A stretch of 63,668 bases of DNA, filler included, from Globobulimina sp. (GCA_003354225.1; 54 parts of 54 records of this genome joined end to end with filler, not necessarily neighbours in it); one strand, 5' to 3'. Shown: positions 48,828 through 61,480, counted from the first letter of the whole stretch. Notes: generated by a model not told the origin, from the sequence alone. Translations and numbers: made by a program.

Positions 48828-49562
48828 ATGGAATGGTGTTATTTTTTAGGATGTATGATGGTTTCATTCAGTGCACCTCTTGCTTTATTAATATTTATTA
48901 TTGCCCCCAAACCGCAGCTAATCGTGTTAGCCATCACAAGGTACAGTACATATTCACATTACATATTTATCCGATCCTTGCACAGCACACAATTTATTTA
49001 TATTTACAGTTCCATATTTTATTTGGCCGCAATAATGATCAATACAATAATTTGGAAATTATTACCCTTTTTACAGTCATCGGCAACTATATTTATAATG
49101 ATTTCTGTGTTAATAATTGAGACAATGCGTCCAATTTATTTTAATTATTTTAATATCGGCCGTCGATCTTTTCGCACCGTGTCAACAAATCGCGTCATTT
49201 TCCCATTGGACGATTTGACCTCAAGTATTGCCTCCGGATATGGCTGGGGTTTATGCCATATATTCATTTATTACATACCGTACGTCACAAAATCAATGGG
49301 TCCGGGCACATATTTCAATAAATCTGAATGCGAATTGTTTAGCATTGTGACCAAAGCATCGTGGCTCAGTTATTGCATCTTTTTGCAACACATCTTTTTA
49401 ATGATTATTTTTTATGACGCAATCAGTAAAAAATCAAATTTACAGTGGTGGTTTGCCGTTTTTTTACATTTATTCAGCTCATTGTGGAACGAATTGAATG
49501 TGCCTTGTTTGGCACTCATATTTGGGCAGTTTGCTATGTCAATGGCTCATGGAGCATGGGCT
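48828..49562 (+). CDS. APH1: Gamma-secretase subunit APH-1, intron 48941-49009 (3' partial)
   Basis: FLGC..VSFSAPLAL..IA.KP.LIVLAI, E..R, ASGYGWG, SMGPGT, FLQH..I..YDA, LHL.SS. Confidence 0.8.
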
Positions 49563-49662
49563 NNNNNNNNNNNNNNNNNNNNNNNNNNNNNNNNNNNNNN
49601 NNNNNNTTAATTAATTAANNNNNNNNNNNNNNNNNNNNNNNNNNNNNNNNNNNNNNNNNNNN

Positions 49663-49875
49663 TGTACTGATGATGTGAAGTGGTTTATTGGTAAGACATT
49701 TGGCTATATTTCGCCCGGACAGTTGGAGAGATTTCGATCATTGTTGGATGATGATTGCAAGCCAATTCTTAGGAATTGGAGGGATGTGGTTGATAATACC
49801 AATGCTGTTTATGATTGCGACGGAGGAGGAACTACAGGAGGGACTACAGGAGGAACTACAGTTATCAGCAACTAG
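49663..49875 (+). CDS. Alpha-carbonic anhydrase C-terminus with GGTT repeat tail
   Basis: CTDDVKWFI..ISPGQLERFRSL..ILRNWR matches C.E.V.W..IS..QL..FR..N.R. Confidence 0.7.
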   Translation, partial: CTDDVKWFIGKTFGYISPGQLERFRSLLDDDCKPILRNWRDVVDNTNAVYDCDGGGTTGGTTGGTTVISN

Positions 49876-50254
49876 ATATTTGTTTATTTGTGTTAATTTT
49901 TTTCGATCCGTTATTATAAGCCGTAACTATATTCTATTTAGTATTAATTACTTTATTTTTTTTCTTAGTTATTTTTTTTTATTTGTCTGCTTACTTTATT
50001 AAGTTATAATAAACAATTTTAATTAAACAATTTTAAATACGTACTTTTTGAGACTTGGATTTTTATACAGTTACAATATTAAAAACAAGTGCGAGATTGG
50101 TTGCTTGAAACATACAAAATGTCAAAATGTCATTGGAATATCAATTTAAAAACATTGTCCAAAACACCTTCCTCACTTTAACTCCCTTCTAAACCTTACA
50201 TAATAGCCTGTACTCGAACATTCCCTCATTACATCATCTGATCCTATTCGCAAA

Positions 50255-50744
50255 ATGATAACAACCATATATATATTATTAATATTCGCCACGTCATCCT
50301 CAGTCAATGCTCAGTCGCTGAAGAAAATATTACCAAATGATGGAGCTGCAAATGATTGGTTTGGTTTGGTCTTTCTGTGTCTATTTATCAAAATACTGCA
50401 GTAATTGGTGCGTATAATGATGACGTCAAGGGATCAGTATATGTATTTGCCTTCGACGATACAGCAAATGAATGGACACAGACAGCCAAATTAGTGGCCA
50501 GTGACGGAGCTGCAAATGATCAGTTTGGTTTTTCTGTGTCTATCTATCAAAATATTGCAGTAATTGCGGCGAATAATGATGATGACAAAGGGAGCAGCCT
50601 CTGGCTCAGTATATATATTTACCTTCGACGATACAACAAATGTATGGACCCAGACAGCCAAATTAGTGGCAAGTGACGGAGCTACAGATGATTTGTTTGG
50701 TTATGCTGTGTCTATTTATCAAAATATTGCAGTAATTGGTGCGT
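50255..50744 (+). pseudogene. Secreted FG-GAP repeat protein with two frameshifts
   Basis: Signal peptide; repeats of KLVASDGAANDQFGFSVSI..AVIGA..GSVY.F..WTQ; TGGTT duplication near 50360 and +1 shift near 50590. Confidence 0.75.
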
Positions 50745-50844
50745 NNNNNNNNNNNNNNNNNNNNNNNNNNNNNNNNNNNNNNNNNNNNTTAATTAATTAA
50801 NNNNNNNNNNNNNNNNNNNNNNNNNNNNNNNNNNNNNNNNNNNN

Positions 50845-51926
50845 TTTGGGCATACTTATCCAGCATCAATACCTCCACATTATCAGTCTACGCGCAACGC
50901 GAAGGTTCAGTTTGTTTCCCACGTATACCGCTAATACGCGTGGAAGGGCCGGTTGCTGTCTGTCAATTGATCGAGACCACGCTATTAAATTTAATCAATT
51001 ACTCGTCCTTAGTGGCCACCAACGCGTCGCGCATCCGTCGCGCAGTGGGTCCCAGCAAATCTTTACTAGAATTTGGTCTGCGAAGAGCGCAGGGCCCGGA
51101 TGGCGCGATGAGCGCTAGCAAGTATGCCTACTTTGGCGGCTTTAACGGCACATCCAATGTATTGGCCGGCCTCACCAACCATATACCTATCAAAGGGACG
51201 CATGCTCATTCCTTTGTGTCCTCCTTTATTAGTTTGGACATATTGAATGAGGAATGCATACAAATACCCTCCAAAACCTCTGAGAAGAAGTCGTTTCTTG
51301 AGTTGGTGATCCGATATCGACGCGAAGTGGACCAGGGTTCGTCCACTAATGAAGGCGAATTAGCAGCGTTCATAGCGTATGCCGCAGCGTATCCCACTGG
51401 CTTTTTAGCGTTGGTCGATACGTACGATACGTTGAACAGTGGCATTGTGAATTTCATTGCGGTCTCATTGGCGCTGCACGCGTTGGGATATAAAGCCGTT
51501 GGCATACGGTTAGACAGCGGTGATTTGGCGTATTTATCCAAAGAATCGCGCAAATATTTCGTGAAAATAGCTGGGAAATATAATATTGCGGCGTTTAAGA
51601 AATTTACCATTGTGGCGTCCAATGATATCAATGAGGCGGTGTTGCATGCTTTGAATGAGCAGGGACATGAAATCGATTCGTTTGGCATTGGAACGCATTT
51701 AGTTACTTGTAAGAGACAACCGGCACTGGGCTGTGTGTATAAATTGGTGGCTATTAACGGTATGACGGCATATTTGTTTTTTTTATTTGATTTTGAGTAT
51801 TTAAATTCAGGTAAACCGCGGATTAAAGTGTCTCAAAGTCAGAGTAAAATGACTATTCCTGGCAAGAAAATGGCGTATCGATTATGGACAAAGGGGAGAG
51901 GGAAAGAACCCATTTTAGACATATTA
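50845..51926 (+). CDS. NAPRT: Nicotinate phosphoribosyltransferase, intron 51760-51810 (internal fragment)
   Basis: EFGLRRAQGPDG, TSNVLAG, GTHAHSF, LVDTYDT, RLDSGDL, ASNDINE, GIGTHLVTC, LGCVYKL. Confidence 0.95.
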
Positions 51927-52026
51927 NNNNNNNNNNNNNNNNNNNNNNNNNNNNNNNNNNNNNNNNNNNNTTAATTAATTAANNNNNNNNNNNNNNNNNN
52001 NNNNNNNNNNNNNNNNNNNNNNNNNN

Positions 52027-52855
52027 TGTATTATTGGGAAAAACTCAGATTTTATGACTAAACAAAAAGATATAAATGCACGAATGAGAATAGTTTTGGT
52101 CGACTGGTTAGTCGAAGTTCATCGCAAATTTAAATTATTGCCATCCACATATTTTTTAGCAGTCAATCTCTTGGATCGCTTTTTAAGCAAACAACAATTA
52201 CATCGGAGAAAATTACAACTTTGCGGTTAAGTTTGTATATTTTATATTATTTCTTCATATCCATATTTTCTACAAAGGCTGTACGTGTCTATGGATCGCG
52301 AGTAAATATCAAGAGATCTATGCGCCAGAAATGGATGATTTTATATATATATCGGACAATGCCTTCACTGCTCACGATTTGACATCGATGGAAATCTTAA
52401 TATTAAAAACGTTATCATTTACACTGACTGTTCCCACCGTATATAATTACTCAGAGAGATATAGAAAAATATCTGCGTATTATTTAAAACGAGAAAAGGA
52501 GAAAAAGATCATTAGTGACTTAATTATGTACTGTATTGAACATTGTGTGATGAGTTATAAATTGTGCCGACTGAAGCCTTCATTAATTAGTGCAGCTGCC
52601 TTTGTTTACAGTTGTGTGGCGACCAAAGTATTTTCGCTGGAAACCTTTAAAAATGATAAGATTGCCGGCGCCATTGGCTATGGTTTGGGAGATGGCGAAT
52701 TAATGCGTGTTATGAAAGAAATTAATATTATTGTCGGCAATGCGAAAAGAAGTAAACATAAAGCGGTGTTTAAAAAATATTCCAAGCCAAAATATAGCAA
52801 CATTTCGAAATTGAATTTTGCAAAATTAAACACTTCATTTTTAAATCAAAATTAA
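52027..52855 (+). CDS. A/B-type cyclin, intron 52226-52277 (5' partial)
   Basis: QKDINARMRIVLVDWLVEVHRKFKL..LDRFL..KLQLCG|CTCLWIASKYQEIYAP..DFIYISDNA. Confidence 0.92.
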
Positions 52856-52939
52856 ACGACTTATAATTATATATTCTTATTATATATTTTTTTTATTATT
52901 TACCAAAAATTGACAACTTTATTATTAATATTACAACTA

Positions 52940-53034
52940 ATTACAAGCTATAACATAAGGGACATTTTGCTCCATTTCGGGGGGTCGAATCGGAAATTAT
53001 CCTTTCAACCCCCCGGTGTGTTATGCCCTGTAAT
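52940..53034. mobile_element. MITE-like element with nested inverted repeats
   Basis: ATTACAAGCTATAACATA vs TGTGTTATGCCCTGTAAT (14/18 complementary) and CGGGGGGTCGAA vs TTCAACCCCCCG (11/12). Confidence 0.45.
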
Positions 53035-53208
53035 ATTGTTTTTATGATTGCTGTGTGGGGTGGTTCTCGATTATTGTCTTTTTTTTTTATTTTTTTTTTT
53101 TTTAAATTNNNNNNNNNNNNNNNNNNNNNNNNNNNNNNNNNNNNNNNNNNNNTTAATTAATTAANNNNNNNNNNNNNNNNNNNNNNNNNNNNNNNNNNNN
53201 NNNNNNNN

Positions 53209-54289
53209 TTATTATTTGCCGTATTGTCTCCAAACTCGTTAAAAAATAGAAATCCCGGAATGGATACATTGAAAAATATTACTTGTGATTGTCGCGACAT
53301 ATATTTATGATTATCGCCATTCTCATTGCCATTGCCCTGTTGTTGAAAATAGCGAATTGCAGCTTGTATCTTCGTAAATGCCTCATTTATAGCAATATTT
53401 TGCTGCGATTTTTCAATTAATTTGAGCGGAATAACTATTTCTTTCGACTTATTTACTTTTATGATATCATTCTGATTTAATAATGTTTTCAAAGATTGTA
53501 CGCCTAAATAATTCTTATTAAACTTCATATCAATTTGATAGATGTCATATTGGCTAAAGTTTGTAATTAAAAATAAAATCTTATGTTTTAAAGTGTGATC
53601 AATCTTCATTTTAATTTGTAAGCCGCGTCCACTCGACGCATCCACCAATAATTTATAAGCAACACATTCTTTGTCAATAACTGAGTCCTCATCGCTTGAA
53701 TGATATTCTCTGTCGACGTCAATGCACACACTCTCAGTCTCTACTTCTTCTTCATCGGTACAACAATTATCACTGTCGCTGTCTTGCAATGCGATGTATC
53801 TCTCGTCCACGAAATCCTTTTCTGCCTTTTTATAAATGCCACTCAAACGACATAGATCGTGGTCGACGACATTATTTATATCGACATCCGGTTCCGGATC
53901 GATATCAGAAATGCATTTGTTTTGTATATTAATATTGGTTAATACTATTTTTTTGGCCGCGTTAATATCGTATTTTAATAGTCTTTGATACATAGTCGCT
54001 CTGCAACGCACATCTAAGTTGAAACAGTTATTGTTTGTATTGGTGCACAACGTGAATATGTGTGATAATAACGGTTTTATTTTGGATTTGCTTTCTTTGT
54101 TTATTTTTAAATATATTTTGGTGATGGCGGTGATTATCGATAATTGTATGACTTGTGACTCGGACTCAAATGTTGGTAATATATAATTAAACACATTGAA
54201 TATCTGTTCATTACGCAAATATTCACAATATTCTCCGGTTAAATATATGACTGAATTGGCCATGTTATTATTTGTGAATTTATTATTAA
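53209..54289 (-). CDS. Divergent beta-adaptin (AP-1/2-like), trunk end plus appendage
   Basis: VIYLTGEY, FESES..IQL.IITA..K.YL, LDVR.RA.MY.RLL, GRGLQI..ITN..KFNKNYLG. Confidence 0.75.
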
Positions 54290-54655
54290 NNNNNNNNNNN
54301 NNNNNNNNNNNNNNNNNNNNNNNNNNNNNNNNNTTAATTAATTAANNNNNNNNNNNNNNNNNNNNNNNNNNNNNNNNNNNNNNNNNNNNAAAATCATATT
54401 TAAACCTCAACAATTCTCATTCTTTACATCTATGGGAAATATGTTGAATTATTATTGTCAACACTCAACAAAACAGCAAACAAGTTTTTTTCTGTCGAAT
54501 CCTATGAATTTTGTAAGTTGAAATTGTTTATAATATTAAAGAGAATAAAATAAAACACTTTAACTAAAAAATATATTTAACACTGAACTTAAATAATGAA
54601 AAAAAAACACACAACACACAAAAAACACAGATATGATACATGTACAAAATAAGAT

Positions 54656-55470
54656 TCATCGAATATTATAATACAATTGAAATGGATTTAAATCTTGATC
54701 TTTTTTATTATTGTGATTATTATTAAACACATTCCAAAATCGTATGGTTTCATCATTTGATGCAGTTACAATATTTTGTTTATTTGAACTTAATGCGACA
54801 TATAAGACACGCTCAGAATGTCCAGTTAATCTCTTAATTGTTTTATTTTCATCAATATCCCATAAATTAATATCATTTGTATCAAAACCATGTGTCGACA
54901 ATATTTGATTTGATTTAAATGGATTCCAAATTATATTACAAACCTGAGATTTGCTGCGAATACATTTTATTGGCTTATTGATTGTTATACATTGACCATC
55001 AATATAATTATATAAATGTTTAAATTGATTGACAGTGTTCAAATTCCAAACACATATTTTTTTATCCAATGCACCGCCGCCAGATATTAATACATTATAA
55101 TTATGTGGAGACCATGCAATTGCACGTATTGACGATGTATGATATTTTAATTTAAATGTCCGAGAGCCTAAATATCGAATATCATATATTGAGATACATC
55201 GGTCCCGGCCGCCAATCGCAAACTTATTTTCATCCGGAGACCATTTCAATGATACACATTTTGTCGGAGTCACCAATGTTTTGCTTGCTTTATAATTTGC
55301 TTCGCGTAAATCAGAAATGCAAATGTTTTCGCTTAATTTTGACGCATAAATAATACATGAATTATTCCAATGTTTGGACCATTCTAAAACACCGATATGA
55401 TAATTAACAAATTCACCTTTATCATGTTGCATATATTTTACACATTTTCCTTTCTCAATGTCCCATATTG
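54656..55470 (-). CDS. CDC20/CDH1 (fizzy family) WD40 APC/C co-activator (5' partial)
   Basis: LKWSPD..AIGGRD, H.SSIRAIAWSPH..LISGGG..D..I, SQVCNIIW, LSTHGF, LTGHSERVLY.A.S, DETIRFW, C-terminal IR tail. Confidence 0.85.
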
Positions 55471-55570
55471 NNNNNNNNNNNNNNNNNNNNNNNNNNNNNN
55501 NNNNNNNNNNNNNNTTAATTAATTAANNNNNNNNNNNNNNNNNNNNNNNNNNNNNNNNNNNNNNNNNNNN

Positions 55571-56582
55571 TTTATACCACGAGTCCGTACAGCAGCTCCG
55601 CCCTATTTTATTCAATGTATAATATCCAAATTAATGTGTTGGATGGAAATGGAGAAACAGTGGAAAACGCAAACTGGTCATTGATTATCTCGTATTCAAA
55701 TATATTGATAATGGATTCTGTGTTTCCATCCAATGTTAATGTGTTATATCCCAATGTTGACGGCCATTGTTCTGTGGTTAATAATGATCGGTTAACAAAT
55801 AATGAAACCTATATTGCTAAGTTACTCATATTATGCGATAGTAAGAACGTAACTGATTTGCGCAATTTATTGACCAACACTGTACATTACGTGAATCATT
55901 TAAGTGCGACACAAATGCATTTCTCGTCCATCTCAGCCACATATTATCCAGGAGAAAAATTGAAATTTGATTATCAAATATTTGACAAATTAAATAACCC
56001 AATCCATGAACATAATTATTCCTTTTCTAGCTCTGACGATATTTTTACCGTCAATGTCTTTATAGAGTTACTAGGATTATCTCAAGATTTGGTGATTGCA
56101 GATGGCGGTGAATGCGTTACCTGCGATTCTGGAGTCATTATTGTTGGCATTGGTTTGGATGATGTAACAACGACACATTCCATGCAAACCTCGTTGGTAA
56201 ATGATAATTTAGTATTAATGGATGATGCTATCAACGTACATGTGGTATCCTGTCCGGTTGGCTATGGTCCCGATAGTAATAATTATCAATGTCATGTGTG
56301 TCCAGCTGGGACTTATAACTTATTAGCAAACAATACTGAGCAGTGTAGATCGTGCGATCAGGAAAATAATAAAGGTATTAAATGTTACGAAGGAGAGGTT
56401 TTTGTTAAAACAGACCATTGGATTGGATTTGGTCCAGAAGACGCTGCTTATACTGATATGACAGCGGACCTGTGTCCGGCGTGGTATTGTTGCAATGATA
56501 AAGAACAGTGTAATTATAATAATGCAACGAGTCTTTGTGCCGGAAATCGAAATCCCTTTTCAGCATTATGTGGTATGTTGCG
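55571..56582 (+). CDS. Cys-rich (GCC2/3, ephrin-receptor-like) surface protein fragment
   Basis: CPVGYG..CHVCPAGTY..C.SC..GIKC..W..CPAWYCC..CAGNR..LCG. Confidence 0.6.
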
Positions 56583-56682
56583 NNNNNNNNNNNNNNNNNN
56601 NNNNNNNNNNNNNNNNNNNNNNNNNNTTAATTAATTAANNNNNNNNNNNNNNNNNNNNNNNNNNNNNNNNNNNNNNNNNNNN

Positions 56683-57763
56683 TCATTTGGACACCGATCA
56701 AAGACTCATTGTTTGCTCCGAAATGTATAGGCAAAGCGTAGAAGAAAAAGAGTTTTTAATCAATCAGGGCGAGGAAGGAAACTCCTTTTATGTGATTGAA
56801 AAGGGCGAATTTGAAATTACCGTACAAGATGTCGGTGTGGTTGATACCTTAGTAAGTGGCCGATGTGTGGGTGAATTGGCATTATTATACAATGCGCCTC
56901 GTGCCGCATCCGTGCAATGTACGTGTTCCGATGGCGGCGTTGTGTGGTGTGTAGACCGTGCGTCATTTCGTAAAGCATTGATGGAAGTACATACCAAATC
57001 GAGTGATGAGAATATAAAATTTCTAAAAAAATGTGAGTTATTACGATCATTATTATCGTCGGAATTACAATTAATTGATCAAGCATTAGAAGCAAGAAAT
57101 TATGCTGAAAATGATGTTATTTTCAAATTAGGAGACGAAGGAGATAGGTTTTATATTATTAAAAGTGGCACAGTGAGTGGTAAAGCCAAAGATGGTTCGT
57201 CGTTTAATTTATCTGTGGGTGGATTCTTCGGAGAGAGAGCATTATTAACAAAAGAGCCTCGTGCTGCAACCATACAATGTACATCCAAAACTGTAGAATG
57301 TTTGACATTGTCACGAGAAGATTTTACAACGTTATTAGGTCCGTTGGAAGATATTATGGAACGTAATTTGGAGGAATATGAGAAACCTGCCGAAGAAAGA
57401 AAACCTATGGGACATAACCAGCAAGCCGGTAATGAGCATATTTGCAAATTATCCCAATTTAAAACCGTTGGTATATTAGGTCGTGGTGCATTTGGTACAG
57501 TTAAATTAGTCACAGATCCGTCGACGAGCAAATCCTATGCACTTAAAGCAATCCGTAAGAATCAAGTGGTTGAGTTAGGACAGCAATCACATATTTTGAA
57601 TGAGAAGCGAGTAATGCAGATGTTGGATAATAAATTCTTAGTAAATTTAAAAGCAACCTACAAGGATGAACATCGCGTTTATTTCTTATTAGAGGTCTGT
57701 TTAGGCGGTGAATTGTTCACAATATTGCGGAAAATGAGATCTTTTGATGAGCCAACAGCTCGA
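56683..57763 (+). CDS. PKG: cGMP-dependent protein kinase (two cNMP-binding domains plus kinase N-lobe)
   Basis: GELALLYNAPRAAS, FGERALL..EPRAAT, LGRGAFGTV..YALK..HILNEK..LE.CLGGELF. Confidence 0.9.
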
Positions 57764-58172
57764 NNNNNNNNNNNNNNNNNNNNNNNNNNNNNNNNNNNNN
57801 NNNNNNNTTAATTAATTAANNNNNNNNNNNNNNNNNNNNNNNNNNNNNNNNNNNNNNNNNNNNTACTTCTAAGGAGAGGACATATAATCATAGAACATTA
57901 CTATATGATCAATGATACTCTCCGCATTTGTAACTATAATCATGACACATGTTGATAAGGTATAAAATATATGTTGGACAATACCTATATGATAAGGTTA
58001 TAACAATCTGAAAATCCCTCAGATCGCATTTTTTCACTCCGATACTGCCATCAATCCAAAGATGTCCTCGCATTATTTCTGCTATTTTAGAATGTGAAGT
58101 TGTGAACCAAATATGGATGAATATATACATGTATACAGTTTGCCTAAATTTTGGATTATTGTGTGGCTTTTA

Positions 58173-58276
58173 TCACTGCAGTCACAGCTATTGAGCTAAT
58201 TTTAATTATCGGCTTTTAACTTTTGGAGTTGATCGCTCACAACAATAAATTAGCTCAATAGTTGTGTTTGCAGTGA
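58173..58276. repeat. 30-bp inverted repeat with ~44-bp spacer (hairpin/MITE-like)
   Basis: TCACTGCAGTCACAGCTATTGAGCTAATTT ... AAATTAGCTCAATAGTTGTGTTTGCAGTGA (27/30 Watson-Crick). Confidence 0.75.
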
Positions 58277-58625
58277 AACCATCAATAGTTGTGTTTTTAA
58301 AATATTATCTGGTTCATGGTGGTATGCAATATCGTTTCAAATTGATTTTGTATCATATCTAATATATTTGGCTTATGTAATTCAAATGTTGATATGGTTA
58401 ATGGCTTATGTTTGGTGTGTTTGTTTTGTAAATGAATAAACTTGGAATCATGATTGAAATACAGTCTTTAAACCAAGATGTTTTTGGAGGATCTAAAAGT
58501 TTTTTAAACACCTAACTTCACTTCATCACTTCCTCGCTTCCTCACCAAACTTCACTTCCACACTTCCTCCATCAGTGATTTTATTTGCTTCCCCAATAAT
58601 CATATCATATCATATCATATCAAAT

Positions 58626-58944
58626 ATGTCTGTGAATGTTATTGATGACAGTGTCCCATCAGAGACAGCAGTAAGAAATATAAAAGATATTATATCTTCT
58701 GCCCCAAAATGTGGTGACGAAAAAGATACAGAATCCCAAGATCAAGAGCAAGATATGGATGAACAAGAAATGTCTGGTGATAAAATTAAAGCTGATTCTG
58801 TTGATGATGATGACCAAGAAGAGGAACAATTAGGTTTAGGCCAAGATTTTATGCGCGAGATAATATTAAAAAAAGTAAGAGCTGATTTTCCCGCAAAATT
58901 TGGTCGTGAGCCAACCGATGAAGAATTAGAGAGTTATGTTTCTG
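58626..58944 (+). CDS. Acidic hypothetical protein (3' partial)
   Basis: ATG after a pyrimidine-rich leader; contains FPAKFGREPTDEEL. Confidence 0.45.
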
Positions 58945-59044
58945 NNNNNNNNNNNNNNNNNNNNNNNNNNNNNNNNNNNNNNNNNNNNTTAATTAATTAA
59001 NNNNNNNNNNNNNNNNNNNNNNNNNNNNNNNNNNNNNNNNNNNN

Positions 59045-59630
59045 ATTAATATTTTCATATAAAATATATTTATTATTTAAGTTTGACGCAGAAGTATTAA
59101 GAAAGGAGTTTTTAATGCCACGCAAGAACACGAAGGATACCATACATTCCATTATTGAATATTCAAAATCAACAAAGTTGCAAAGAGAAAGAGATAAATT
59201 AGCAAATGCATCGCATTCTTCCTTTCCAAAGGAAATAGGCATTGATGAGCAGCAACATTCATTGCTATCGAGCTTAGATTGTGGTGGTAATAATAAGTAC
59301 GCATATTTGTATAGCGATGCATTTCGAAGTGGAGGTGCTACGAATTTGAATGAGGCATATAATTTGAATAAATTCACAGTGAACAGTAATGGTGGAATCA
59401 TTGAGAATGTAATTACGCGAAGTGGCAGTGTCGACAGTGGGAGAATCAAAAGAGATAATTCGCGACAAAATTTAAGTGGAAAAATTGATTCGACGTCGAG
59501 GGATTCACGCGATTCGAGAGAAGAAGATGTTATATCTCAGTTAGTTGACACTGAATTCATTCCGAGTAAGTATGATATTGCAAGGTTGAGGAAATTGGGA
59601 TGGATTATAAAACCTCCTAACAATTCCTAG
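59045..59630 (+). CDS. Hypothetical protein C-terminus
   Basis: Over 170 aa open frame, no recognised domain. Confidence 0.4.
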
Positions 59631-60225
59631 ATTAATTTTTAACTGCATGTATATTTTGATTGATTGTTTTTTTATAATTGTTATTGTTATTAGTATAATA
59701 CTTTGTAATTACTAGTTGCATGTTTTTTATAGTAGCGCTGACGATGAACTTGGATGAAAACCAGCTTAAATAAATCTTTCCTTCCGACAGAGGATTAAAG
59801 ACTCCGAGCAACAAATAATTAATTCAGCAACGTAGTTTCGTCCAATCATACACAAACAACTTTCATGGGATAACACTGCGTCAAATTGCTTGTTATTTAT
59901 TCTCGTAAACCAACACAACATAAAAAAAGAGCCGTTCAAACAAAACAAAAATCAACATCTCAATAAAAATGCATGCAGTTCAATTAACAATTTATAAATC
60001 AATCGCATATTAATGTTGCACATATAAAAAAGCAATTATTCAAATTGAGCATTGATATCGATAAAATATTACACATTTTACCAAACAAATATATTCTGAT
60101 ATACATTTTACTATAGATTTGCTACNNNNNNNNNNNNNNNNNNNNNNNNNNNNNNNNNNNNNNNNNNNNTTAATTAATTAANNNNNNNNNNNNNNNNNNN
60201 NNNNNNNNNNNNNNNNNNNNNNNNN

Positions 60226-60872
60226 TGTTCAATAAATTGTGCCAATGTTATTATAGTAGCAGATGTTTGAATTGCTAATTCACGCGAGCTCACAATCCAT
60301 AATCCCTGCAATTTATCATTGTATTCATCCATCCGAGACAACATAATCAATGCCAAAGCAACCGTTGTTCCACATCCAGCACAACCGTCGAGGACTAAAT
60401 CATTGCCTTTGGTGTCATTGGAATTGTTATTTGATTGTTGATAGTTTCCAACACAAAGTGGAATAGCAATTGCTTGGATATTGGAAGGGTTAACGACATT
60501 TAGTTCGTCGCATGAATCCAATAATTCCTCTCTTAAACAGTTCATTGATTTAAAATCTGTGAAGGATTGCTTTTTTTGAATAATATTGTTTTTTTTTAAT
60601 TCATCATTTAATGGGGCAATGTCGTTATCGCAGCAGGTATTATTTATGTCGCTTTGTGGATGAAGAAATACATCAATACCATTTGGCAAATATGAGGTCA
60701 AAACAATGATAGCATTGTCATTGTCTTTACAGATAAAATTATCGACTTTAGTAATTTGACGCATATTTTGAATTATATCTTCCACAGGAGTTCCTTTGAA
60801 AATTTTTAGTTTCCATTTTTGTTGTTTATGATGCAAAGTAACGACAATGTTCTGTGGTTTGGGCGCTGCCAT
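60226..60872 (-). CDS. Degenerate DEAD-box (eIF4A-like) protein with ubiquitin-like/PB1-like N-domain (3' partial)
   Basis: F..MN.LREELL..PSNIQAIAIP (Q motif), DLVLDGCAGCGTT (motif I lacking Lys), SSRELAIQT (motif Ia). Confidence 0.7.
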
Positions 60873-60958
60873 CTCGCGTCGAACAGTTTAACTAAATGTG
60901 GTCGAGTTTTCTCTTTTTGTACAAGCTATAAATCACAATAAATTTTAACATTATTAAT

Positions 60959-61306
60959 TCATGACAATGTCAAAGGTGTACAACTTGTATCGTTTCTGAT
61001 TTGCTCCAATTGTTGGAAAAAGCCCACATCATTTAGACCAGCGATAACATTGTCACATTGTTGTTGCGTGTATGGTATTAAAGGCGGTCGTGGCGGTCCA
61101 AAATCAAAACTATATGGACCTAAATTTCTATATACACATCGTTCCCCTAATGGCCAGCTGGCAATGGCACCCATTGCAAGTATCCAGTTTTGATACCAAT
61201 ATGCATCATCTGTCCTGCCTTCAACAACCGCCATTCCTAAACATCTAAACGGCGGCGCCATAAAATCAACGAGACCATAACCAAAGCCTTTACCCATTGC
61301 CATTAC
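60959..61306 (-). CDS. DHDPS/N-acetylneuraminate lyase family C-terminus
   Basis: G..DDAY..Q..I..DFGPPRPPLIP..I.GL..VGFF. Confidence 0.55.
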   Translation of the reverse strand, partial: VMAMGKGFGYGLVDFMAPPFRCLGMAVVEGRTDDAYWYQNWILAMGAIASWPLGERCVYRNLGPYSFDFGPPRPPLIPYTQQQCDNVIAGLNDVGFFQQLEQIRNDTSCTPLTLS

Positions 61307-61480
61307 NNNNNNNNNNNNNNNNNNNNNNNNNNNNNNNNNNNNNNNNNNNNTTAATTAATTAANNNNNNNNNNNNNNNNNNNNNNNNNNNNNNNNNNNNNN
61401 NNNNNNTAAAATAGAAACAAAAAACAGAATTTTGACACTCAAAAAGCAAAGAATAAATTACAAAAAATAAAATAGAAAAA

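Noticed and set aside
43085-51926. NAD-centred system (ART plus NAPRT) or cell-cycle cluster (cyclin, CDC20/CDH1, APC2)
   Set aside because: The genes are on separate, unlinked contigs; adjacency is due to length sorting
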